In this document: piece by piece, positions 10,145 through 17,381 of the stretch
Numbering within the stretch: the first letter of the stretch is position 1
Layout: each line of letters opens with the position of its first letter
DNA from: Thermoplasmata archaeon
GTDB lineage: Archaea; Thermoplasmatota; Thermoplasmata; Lutacidiplasmatales; UBA184
NCBI GenBank assembly: GCA_035297125.1
Contig: DATGZQ010000019.1
Span: forward strand, 12,940 to 76,939
Direction: 5' to 3'
DNA length: 64,000 nucleotides
The notes under the pieces: generated by a model
Databases searched by the model: none
Told to the model about the DNA's origin: nothing
The model's input: only the letters and a program-made list of their open reading frames with translations
Translations under genes and position numbers: made by a program

Positions 10145-10920
10145 GAGAGCCCACCTTCCGGACCGCCCCCGCCGTGCGTGGATTCGAACGAAGCGCCGAG
10201 GCGTACGAGCGGGGCCGGCCGGGTTACCCGGCCTCGGTCGCCCGGCACCTCGCCCGCGCCCTCCGGCTCGGACCCCGTCGGACGGTCGTAGAGCTCGGCA
10301 GCGGGACGGGGAAGTTCACGCGGACGCTCGTTCCTGTGGGATGCGCTATCGTCGCGGTGGAACCGACCGCCGGCATGCGCCGGGTCTTCGAGCGCACGGT
10401 TCCCGACATCCCCGTCCTTCCCGGGACCGCGGAGGCGATCCCTCTGCCCGACGGGCTCGCCGACGCGGTCGTCGCCGCCCAGGCGTTCCAATGGTTCCGC
10501 CCGCGGCCCGCGATGGAGGAGATCGCGCGCGTGCTGCGACCGGGCGGAGGGTTGGGCCTCGTCTGGAACGTCCGGGACGAGTCGGTCGGCTGGATGAAGG
10601 CGGTCTCGAGGATCCTCGGCCGCTACAACCACGCCCCGCAGGTCCGCGAACGCCGGTGGAAGGCCGCGTTCCGGGCGAAGGGCGTGCCCTTCCCTCCCCC
10701 TCGGATGCGCCGCATCTCCCACGTCCAGCGGGCGACCCCCTCGGAGGTCCTCGACCGGTTCCTCTCCGTGAGCTCCATCGCCATCCTTCCCGCGGCGGAC
10801 CGCCGGAAGGTCGCGACGGAGATCCGGGAGCTCCTCCGTTCGGACCCCATGACCCGGGGCCGGTCGTACGTCGACCTGCCGTACGACACCGAGGTCTACT
10901 GGACCCGCCTCAAGCGTTGA
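10141..10920 (+). CDS. class I SAM-dependent methyltransferase (small-molecule type)
   Basis: GTG at 10141. VELGSGTGKFT is motif I and LRPGGGLGLVWNV is the motif II/III region. No DPPY/NPPW, so not a DNA methyltransferase. Confidence 0.65.
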   Translation: MREPTFRTAPAVRGFERSAEAYERGRPGYPASVARHLARALRLGPRRTVVELGSGTGKFTRTLVPVGCAIVAVEPTAGMRRVFERTVPDIPVLPGTAEAIPLPDGLADAVVAAQAFQWFRPRPAMEEIARVLRPGGGLGLVWNVRDESVGWMKAVSRILGRYNHAPQVRERRWKAAFRAKGVPFPPPRMRRISHVQRATPSEVLDRFLSVSSIAILPAADRRKVATEIRELLRSDPMTRGRSYVDLPYDTEVYWTRLKR

Positions 10921-10937
10921 GCGCGGCGACGTCCGGG

Positions 10938-11453
10938 TCAGCCGGGTCCGGCCCGGACGTCACAGACGTCCGCCCAGGAGCAGCGCCCGCAGCGGCCCGG
11001 GCTCGGCGTCGCCCGCCCGTCGTACCTGGCCCGGACCGCGCGGTCGATGGCGAGAAGCTCGGATCGGGCGGTCGCGTTCCAGGCGACCCTAACCTCCCGG
11101 TCCGTGTAGCGCAGCACGCCGAACGAGGGCGAGCGGCCTGTCGTTTCCTCCACGAGCAGGCAGTACGCCCACACCTGGACGACATGCGACGGGAAGGCGC
11201 CGCGCGCGGGCGCCGCCCGGTGCTTCAGCTCGATCGGGACGAGCGTCCCGTCGGGCGCGCGACGCAGGATGTCCGGGCGACCCGAGAGGCGGTACCGTTC
11301 CGAACGGAGGGTCTCCGGTCGGCCGGCGTCGATCGATACCAGGGACCCGAACCGGCGGTCACGGCGCCGGTGCGCGAGCAGTCCGGCGCCGGCCGCGAGG
11401 ACGATCAGCCCGACGCCGAGTACGGCGAGGGCGAGGAGCGGCGTCACCGCCAC
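10938..11453 (-). CDS. Cas4-family nuclease, C-terminal segment (second TM helix, D...ELK, QxxxY, CX2CX5C)
   Basis: 171 aa. Starts with helix AVTPLLALAVLGVGLIVLAAGAGLLA. GRPDILRRAPDGTLVPIELK gives the RecB motifs II/III, HVVQVWAY the QxxxY motif, and GRCGRCSWADVC the three C-terminal Fe-S Cys residues. Confidence 0.55.
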   Translation of the reverse strand: MAVTPLLALAVLGVGLIVLAAGAGLLAHRRRDRRFGSLVSIDAGRPETLRSERYRLSGRPDILRRAPDGTLVPIELKHRAAPARGAFPSHVVQVWAYCLLVEETTGRSPSFGVLRYTDREVRVAWNATARSELLAIDRAVRARYDGRATPSPGRCGRCSWADVCDVRAGPG

Positions 11454-11695
11454 AGGAAGACCGCCAGCGCCCCGAGGACCAACAGCGCGCCGATCCCCAC
11501 GAGGGCCCAGTAGGCCGACCCGTGCGCCGAACGACGGAGCTCACCGCCCAGCGTCCGGGCGTGATATCTCTCCCCCGCTACGGAGCTCCGGCTCGGCGGG
11601 GCCGACCCGTACGTCTGCCGGTAGTAGTGCGCGCGCGGGCAGTACGCATACTCGGCGAGCTCGGACGGGGTCGTCCACCGCTCTTCGGAACGCAC
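11444..11695 (-). CDS. Cas4-family nuclease, N-terminal segment (first Cys, GxxH motif, first TM helix)
   Basis: 83 aa. AEYAYCPRAHYY is the Cas4 N-terminal Cys motif and GERYHARTLG the Cas4 motif I. Ends in a hydrophobic helix AYWALVGIGALLVLGALAVFLW. The stop overlaps the next ORF. Confidence 0.55.
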   Translation of the reverse strand: MRSEERWTTPSELAEYAYCPRAHYYRQTYGSAPPSRSSVAGERYHARTLGGELRRSAHGSAYWALVGIGALLVLGALAVFLWR

Positions 11696-11761
11696 GCGCG
11701 AGAAACGCGTCGCGCCCAGACTTACCGATTCCGTTGGACGCGCACGCGTCCCGGCTCGCGC

Positions 11762-12193
11762 CTATGCGTCGTCGGCCGAGTCCGAAGCCTTCGCCTTGGG
11801 CTTCGGCTTGCGCGGTCTCGGCGCCTTGGCCGCGTCGGCCTTCGCTTCTCCGGTCGCCTTCGCGCGTGCCGGAGCTGCGGGAGCCGGGGTCTCCTTGGCG
11901 GCGGGAGCCGGTTCCTTGGCGGCGGGGGCGGCCTTCGACGGGGCGGCGGTCGCGGGGCGGGACTTCGGCGAGGCGGCCGAGGCGCGCACGCTCGCCGAGT
12001 GCTCGGCGGCCTTCTTCAGCTCGTACGCCCGGGTCCACTTGAACCGGTGGCCGACCCGGCCCAGCTTCAGCTGCTGCTTGCGGCACGACGACGTGCAGAA
12101 ATGGAAGACGGTCCCGTCGCGCTTCACGAACATCGACCCGGTGCCGGGTTCGATCTCACGGGCGCAGAACGAGCACTGGCGCTTGACCACCAT
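11762..12193 (-). CDS. rpl24e: 50S ribosomal protein L24e with a long Ala/Pro/Lys-rich C-terminal tail
   Basis: CSFCAREIEPGTGSMFVKRDGTVFHFCTSSC is the L24e zinc ribbon. The protein is 143 aa against the usual 60-70 aa. The tail is KAAPAAKEPAPAAKETPAPAAPARAK... ending in KPKPKAK. Confidence 0.8.
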   Translation of the reverse strand: MVVKRQCSFCAREIEPGTGSMFVKRDGTVFHFCTSSCRKQQLKLGRVGHRFKWTRAYELKKAAEHSASVRASAASPKSRPATAAPSKAAPAAKEPAPAAKETPAPAAPARAKATGEAKADAAKAPRPRKPKPKAKASDSADDA

Positions 12194-12203
12194 GGGAACG
12201 TTC

Positions 12204-12416
12204 CTACCGGACCGAAAGCTTTCGGGCCTCGCGCGCGGTCTCTCGGAGGATCAGGACGTCGCCCAGGCGGATCGGGCCGGCCACGTTCCGGGTGATGATC
12301 TTGCCCCGATCGCGGCCCGCGAGAACGCGCACCTTGACCTGCGTCGCCTCGCCCGCCATCCCGGTGCGGCCTACGAGCTCGACGACCTCGGCCGGCGAGC
12401 CCTTCTCTTCCGCCAT
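12204..12416 (-). CDS. rps28e: 30S ribosomal protein S28e
   Basis: 70 aa. [51 protein letters not shown] is near-consensus S28e. Confidence 0.9.
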   Translation of the reverse strand: MAEEKGSPAEVVELVGRTGMAGEATQVKVRVLAGRDRGKIITRNVAGPIRLGDVLILRETAREARKLSVR

Positions 12417-12441
12417 CGACGATCCCTCGCCCGAACGGGGC

Positions 12442-12813
12442 TCACTTCTTCAGCGTCGGGTACGCCGCGGCGATCTCGTCGAGCAGGGCCTTCGCCTCAC
12501 CGGGCTCGACGATCGCAACGCTCGCCGCCGACTTCGAGAGCCCGGCGGCCTGGCCGAGCCTCAGCTTCTTCGGGACGTAGACGTACGGGATGCGCTTCTC
12601 CTCGCACAGCATCGGCACGTGGACCAGGATCTCGACCGGGTCGACGTCCTCTGCCATCACGATGAGCTTCGCTTCCGCGCGCTCGCTCGATTTGGTGACT
12701 TCGTTCGTGCCGACCCGGATCTTGCCCGTCTCGCTCGCCACCTGAACGAGCTGGAGCACTTTGTCGGCGAGGTCGCTCGGGGTCTCAAACCGTACGTAGA
12801 TGGGTCGCGCCAT
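12442..12813 (-). CDS. rpl7ae: 50S ribosomal protein L7Ae (K-turn binding)
   Basis: 123 aa. [30 protein letters not shown] is the L7Ae/L30e core. Confidence 0.9.
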   Translation of the reverse strand: MARPIYVRFETPSDLADKVLQLVQVASETGKIRVGTNEVTKSSERAEAKLIVMAEDVDPVEILVHVPMLCEEKRIPYVYVPKKLRLGQAAGLSKSAASVAIVEPGEAKALLDEIAAAYPTLKK

Positions 12814-12884
12814 GGTTCTTCGCGTCAGCGGAACCCCCGAACGGGGGGTCCTCGGCTCACGGGTAGGCCCCGCCTACGGCCTGC

Positions 12885-12894
12885 GCTATTTAAC
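12885..12894 (-). promoter_or_regulatory. candidate TATA box for the L7Ae-S28e-L24e transcript
   Basis: GCTATTTAAC reads TTAAATAGC on the minus strand. It lies about 72 bp upstream of the L7Ae ATG, leaving a 45-nt 5' UTR with two perfect 6-bp hairpins. Confidence 0.3.
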
Positions 12895-13968
12895 GCTAGT
12901 AGGGCCGGCGGCGCGGAACGCGGCGCTCGAAAGCTCCGGATGCTCCGCGAAGTAGCGGCGCGCGGGAGCGATCAACCGGTCGAGGGACGCGACCACCGCG
13001 CCCTTCAGGTCCTGGGGGTGGAGGCGCCCCTTGGCCCATGCGGCGAGGAACGCCGGCTCGTCCGGGAACTCCACCGGCCCGCCGTGCTTCGCGGCCCGCT
13101 CGACCGTCAGGCGACCCTCCCACGGGAACACGATGTACCGGGCGATCTCCACGACCGGGTTCCCCTCGACCTCCTTCACCGGACAGAAGGCGGCGCCGAT
13201 GCGCGCGGCGATCTCCTCCCGTTCCGAGGGGATTGGGGCCCCCGACCCGGGGTCCGATTTCGACATCTTCCCCTCCACCGGCCCGTCGGTCGGGTCCATT
13301 CGGCCCCCGCCGCGCAGGGACGAGAGGAGGGGCGTGTGGACCGCGGCCGGGACCGGCCACCCGTAATGGTGGGCCACCTCTCGCGCGAGGACGTGCGCCC
13401 GGCGCTGGTCGAGCCCGCCGTAGGCGATGTCCACCGGGAGCTCGAAGATGTCCGCCGCCTGCATCGAGGGGTAGAACAGCTTCGAGCTGTCGAGGTTGGA
13501 TTCCTCCTCGCTTCGGCCCATGATCGACATCGCCCGCTTCGTGCGCGCGAGGCTGGTCGCCTTCGCGACCCGGACGACCCGAGCCCAGTACGCCGACGAG
13601 CCCGTGAGCTCGTGCGCCCAGCGGAACGAGACGCGCTGGGGGTCGGCGCCGAGGGCCGTGAACGCGGCCTGCATGTACCGACCGCACGCCTCGATCCGGG
13701 CGAGGTCCCCGTCGAGCTTGTCGTTGATCCAGGCGTGCCAGTCGGCGAGGAAGACGGTGACGTGGCACCCCGCGTCGGCGAGGTCGATGATCTTGCGGGC
13801 GGTGATGAGATGGGCGATCGTGAGCGAGCCGGACGGTTCGAACCCGATGTACGCCCGGGGTCGCTCGGTCCGCGCGAAGAGCGCCCGGACCTCCTCCGGC
13901 GTGAGGACCTCGGCCGTGTGCCGGACTACCCGGTCGACGCGTGCTTCGACGTCCACGTCACTCCTCAC
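12886..13968 (-). CDS. tyrS: tyrosyl-tRNA synthetase, archaeal type
   Basis: 360 aa. Class I motifs YIGFEPSG (HIGH region equivalent) and KMSKS. Confidence 0.8.
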   Translation of the reverse strand: MRSDVDVEARVDRVVRHTAEVLTPEEVRALFARTERPRAYIGFEPSGSLTIAHLITARKIIDLADAGCHVTVFLADWHAWINDKLDGDLARIEACGRYMQAAFTALGADPQRVSFRWAHELTGSSAYWARVVRVAKATSLARTKRAMSIMGRSEEESNLDSSKLFYPSMQAADIFELPVDIAYGGLDQRRAHVLAREVAHHYGWPVPAAVHTPLLSSLRGGGRMDPTDGPVEGKMSKSDPGSGAPIPSEREEIAARIGAAFCPVKEVEGNPVVEIARYIVFPWEGRLTVERAAKHGGPVEFPDEPAFLAAWAKGRLHPQDLKGAVVASLDRLIAPARRYFAEHPELSSAAFRAAGPTSVK

Positions 13969-14034
13969 CTCCCCCCGTATTTAGGCCGTGGCGCGGCGTC
14001 CGGGGCGCTCGCAGGGGCCTTCTCCTGACGGAGA

Positions 14035-14044
14035 CATATATTAT
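14035..14044 (+). promoter_or_regulatory. AT-rich TATA-like element between divergent tyrS and KaiC-like genes
   Basis: CATATATTAT lies about 34 bp upstream of the ATG at 14078. It is the only AT-rich stretch in this intergenic region. Confidence 0.3.
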
Positions 14045-14077
14045 GACCTCACGCCGCGCTAGTCCTCTCCTCGGTCC

Positions 14078-16351
14078 ATGGACGGTGCGACGGGGGGGGC
14101 GATGGCGGCTCCGGAAGGCTCCTCGTCGGGGGCCGACGATCTCGCCCGGGCCCTCGGGCTTTCCCGCGGCACCGCGCAGCGCCTCGTGGACGCCGGGTAC
14201 GCGAGCGCTCCCGCCGTCCGGGAACTCTCGACGGAGACCCTCGACCGGCTGGGCGTGACCGCCGAGGAGCGGGATGCCATCCGCCGCAGCTCCCCCTCGC
14301 CGGACGTGGCCGCCGCGCCCGCCGCTCCGTCCGCTGCCTCGGTGAACGCCGACCAGATCGTCGAGCGTTGGGTTGGGAACGTCCAGCGGGCAGACCGGGG
14401 GCGAAAGCGCCGGCTCCCCACGGCCGCGAAAGGTTCCACCGACGTGCTGCGGAAGTGGGTGGACGGCGATGACCGGGCGATGGAGGACTGGATCCGTTCC
14501 TCCGACACCGAGCGTCCCGCCCCCGTGGCCCCGGCTCCCCCGATGGCCGCCGGAACGGAGGAGGGGGCCCTGCTGCCCCGCACCGCCGAGCCCGGCGGTT
14601 TGCCGACGGTCAGCGAGCGGGAGGAGACGGTCGTCCGATGGCTCACCGGCCTCCTCGACCGCGTGAAATCCGACCAATTCGACCCTTCCTCGATGATCCA
14701 GGAGGTCCAAGACCTCCAGCGGCAGCTCTACGACGAGCGGACGAAGCGCAAACAGCTCGAGGACCAGGTCGAGCACGTCAAGCGCGGCTCGATCGCCGTC
14801 ATCAAGTACGTACGGTCGCGGGAAGCGAAAGAGCGCGAGCTCGCCGTGCGGGCCAAGGAGGCGGAGGTCGCCGACCTGAGGCTTAGGCTGACCGCCCTCA
14901 ACGGCTCCCCCGGCGGCCCCGGCGCCCTCCCCGAGGCCCCGGCCGGAGACGGCGCCCCGTCGTCGGGCTCGGACCCCGGCGCCGTCGAGCGGGCGATCCG
15001 CGACACCGAGCTTCGCCTCCGCAACGAGTTCTCCGACCACGAGCACCAGTTCATCGAACGGGAGACGGAGCTTCGCCGACGGGTCGTCCAGCTGGAAGGC
15101 GAGATTCGCAGCCTCTCGAGCGTGGCCCAGCAGGCGGAGGGCCGGGCCGAGCTCGTCGGAAAGCAGGGGAGCCCCATCGCCGAGGACGTGACCCGGCGGT
15201 TGGAGGAGCTTACGCTGAAGGAGCGGGACCTGGTCGCCCGGGAGAACGAGCTCCGCGCGAAGTTCGAGGAGATCCGGATCAACGCCGAGGAGGTCGAGCG
15301 GCGACGGGGCCCCCTCGAGTTCAAGGAGCGGGAGCTCGCCGTCTACGACCAGCAGCTGCAGACCCGCCGCCAGGCGCTCGACATCGAGGCGCGACGCCTC
15401 GAGGAGCATCGACGGGAGGCCGGGATCGGCGGCGTCGCGAAGACGAGCGAGGGAGCCCGCCTCGACGACATGCGCCACGAGCTCGCCAAGAAGGAGGCCG
15501 AGCTGCGCGCGCGCGAGACCCAGCTCCAGGACCAGGTCCGGGAGCTCGAGAAGCTCGCCGGCCGGGCGGCCGAGGCGGACGCCGACCAGATGCATGCCGA
15601 CAGCGTCGCCGCGGCGGAGTCCCCCAAGGTCCGGAGCGGCGTCCGCCGGCTCGACGACCTGCTCTTCGGAGGGTTCGCGGCGGGGACCCAGATCCTGCTC
15701 AACGGTCCTGCCCATACCGGAAAGGACGTCCTCGCGCGGTTGTTCTCGACGGAGGGCCTGCGCGTCGGGATCCCCTCCCTCTGGGTGGTCACGGACAAGA
15801 GCTACGGCCAGGTCCGGGACGACCTCGCGACGCTCTACCCCGGCCTCGCGGACGCCGAGAAGAAGGGGATGCTGCGGTTCGTCGACCTCTACTCGCTGTC
15901 GGTCGGGTCGTCCGCGCCGGTGCCGGGCGTGCGCTTCCTCTCCTCGACCGGCAAGGCGGTCCTCGACCAGCTCGCCCAGAGCGTGAACGGGTTCGGCGAG
16001 GAGCTGAAGTCGAAGTTCTCGACCTACCGGCTCATCTTCGAGTCGGTGTCGACCATCACGGCGTACCTCGACACGGCATCCACGTTCCGGTTCCTCCAGC
16101 CGTTCGTGGGACGCCGCAAGCTCGACGGGGCCGTCGGCTACTATGTCCTCGAGAGCGGCATGCACTCGGAGTCGGACCTCGAGACGCTGGAGCACATGGT
16201 CGACGGGTCGCTGAACCTGAAGATCGACCAGATGAAGACGTTCCTTTCGGTCCGCGGGATCGGCGAGGCCCAGGCGCGGAGCTGGGTCGGCTACACGTTC
16301 ACGAAGCGCTCGTTCAACCTCGGCTCGTTCAGCCTCGAGCACATCCGCTGA
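14078..16351 (+). CDS. KaiC/RecA-superfamily (COG0467-like) domain protein with N-terminal HhH and a central coiled coil
   Basis: 757 aa. N-terminal HhH-like LARALGLSRGTAQRLVDAGY. About 350 aa of heptad-rich E/R/L/Q sequence. The C-terminal KaiC-like domain has a Walker A, LLNGPAHTGKD (Asp where Ser/Thr is expected), a Walker B-like MLRFVDLYS and a KaiC-type SGMHSESDLETLEHMVDGSLNL segment. Confidence 0.6.
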   Translation: MDGATGGAMAAPEGSSSGADDLARALGLSRGTAQRLVDAGYASAPAVRELSTETLDRLGVTAEERDAIRRSSPSPDVAAAPAAPSAASVNADQIVERWVGNVQRADRGRKRRLPTAAKGSTDVLRKWVDGDDRAMEDWIRSSDTERPAPVAPAPPMAAGTEEGALLPRTAEPGGLPTVSEREETVVRWLTGLLDRVKSDQFDPSSMIQEVQDLQRQLYDERTKRKQLEDQVEHVKRGSIAVIKYVRSREAKERELAVRAKEAEVADLRLRLTALNGSPGGPGALPEAPAGDGAPSSGSDPGAVERAIRDTELRLRNEFSDHEHQFIERETELRRRVVQLEGEIRSLSSVAQQAEGRAELVGKQGSPIAEDVTRRLEELTLKERDLVARENELRAKFEEIRINAEEVERRRGPLEFKERELAVYDQQLQTRRQALDIEARRLEEHRREAGIGGVAKTSEGARLDDMRHELAKKEAELRARETQLQDQVRELEKLAGRAAEADADQMHADSVAAAESPKVRSGVRRLDDLLFGGFAAGTQILLNGPAHTGKDVLARLFSTEGLRVGIPSLWVVTDKSYGQVRDDLATLYPGLADAEKKGMLRFVDLYSLSVGSSAPVPGVRFLSSTGKAVLDQLAQSVNGFGEELKSKFSTYRLIFESVSTITAYLDTASTFRFLQPFVGRRKLDGAVGYYVLESGMHSESDLETLEHMVDGSLNLKIDQMKTFLSVRGIGEAQARSWVGYTFTKRSFNLGSFSLEHIR

Positions 16352-16436
16352 GCCCGTTCATCCCCTCCACGCCGTCCGGAGCGCGGTTTCGCCCCCTGCC
16401 AAGAGCTATGTAGAGGACGCCCGTCGGTCTCTTCGC

Positions 16437-16747
16437 TAGGCTAGACCGGGGGGTTGGGCGTCCCCTTACACACCGAAACCGTCCTTAGCGGGGGTGACAG
16501 GCAGGAGCGACGTTCGGAGGAGTCGCGCGTCCCGCGTGGCTTCGCAGAAGCTCTGTTCCGCCGGGCCGCGGGCCCCGCGACGAGCGCTCGGAGGAGCGCC
16601 CTAGCGGGTATCCATCACGGGCATCGGGTCAGGTCCTGACGGGAGCAGCCTTACCGTGACCCGTCGACGCTGGCGGGGTGACGGGGCCGAGGAGCGCGCG
16701 AGATCTACGGGCGATTCGTCCGGGCGGCAATCCTGCTGGCCTAGCAC
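16437..16747 (+). ncRNA. candidate signal recognition particle RNA (7S/SRP RNA)
   Basis: The 490-bp ORF-free gap contains GGUCAGGUCC-UGAC-GGGAGCAGCC at 16626-16650, matching the universally conserved SRP helix-8 SRP54-binding motif (GGUCAGGUCCGGAAGGAAGCAGCC). Complementary ends GCUAGGC (about 16437) and GCCUAGC (about 16738) could close helix 1. The length is about 310 nt. A TATA-like CTATGTAGAG lies about 25 bp upstream. Confidence 0.5.
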
Positions 16748-16839
16748 CCCGCGGGACCGGTCCACGTTTCGGTTAGGGTAGAACGACCGTTGAAGGAGTG
16801 GGGAATCGAGACACCCCCACCCCCCTGTTTCCAATGCAA

Positions 16840-17274
16840 CTATTTCCCAGGGGCCGGCCACCCCTCGCTCGTTGCGTCGACCGCGTCGCGCTCGAGCACG
16901 GCCCGGCGCCCGTCGGGGATGGGTTTCTTGGAACCGGTGCTGTAGTCGTAGCAGACGATGACGGTCCGGCCCAGGGCGGTCAGGGTGCCGGTCTTTACGT
17001 CGGTGAAGCGGTAGAGGAACGTGAAGCTCGTCCGGCCGGGAGGACGTGCTGGAGTGATCTCTCCCAGCAGTTCGGCCCCGTAGCCTACGGGTGCGAGGTA
17101 GCGGCAGGAGGCTTCGGCGATGATGATGTCGAGAGAGGTAGGGTCGGTAGAGGAGAGCAGAGGAAGGTAGTAGTCGCAACGGAGAGTCTCCATCATCGGA
17201 AAGTATGCAGCGTGGTTGAGGTGGTTGAGCACGTCGAGATCGTGATACGGAACGTAGAACCGACGACGAACCCT
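16840..17274 (-). CDS. hotdog-fold acyl-CoA thioesterase (4HBT/YbgC-like)
   Basis: The C-terminal 140 aa of the 16840..17565 ORF carry YHDLDVLNHLNHAAY, a 4HBT signature. The upstream part of that ORF is Arg/Pro-rich and discounted. The start position is approximate. Confidence 0.55.
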   Translation of the reverse strand, partial: RVRRRFYVPYHDLDVLNHLNHAAYFPMMETLRCDYYLPLLSSTDPTSLDIIIAEASCRYLAPVGYGAELLGEITPARPPGRTSFTFLYRFTDVKTGTLTALGRTVIVCYDYSTGSKKPIPDGRRAVLERDAVDATSEGWPAPGK

Positions 17275-17381
17275 CCACGATCCTGTACCGGACACGGTCC
17301 CCTGCCTCGACGACCGACTGTCCCGCTCCCTATTATGGCCTCGAGAGGCTGACGGCCCTGCTCCGCGAGCGCACGCGGGGA

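Noticed and set aside
13958-16342. 794-aa minus-strand ORF opposite the KaiC-like gene
   Set aside because: It has R/E/L/G/V-rich antisense composition and no motifs, whereas the plus-strand frame carries an HhH, a coiled coil and a Walker A.
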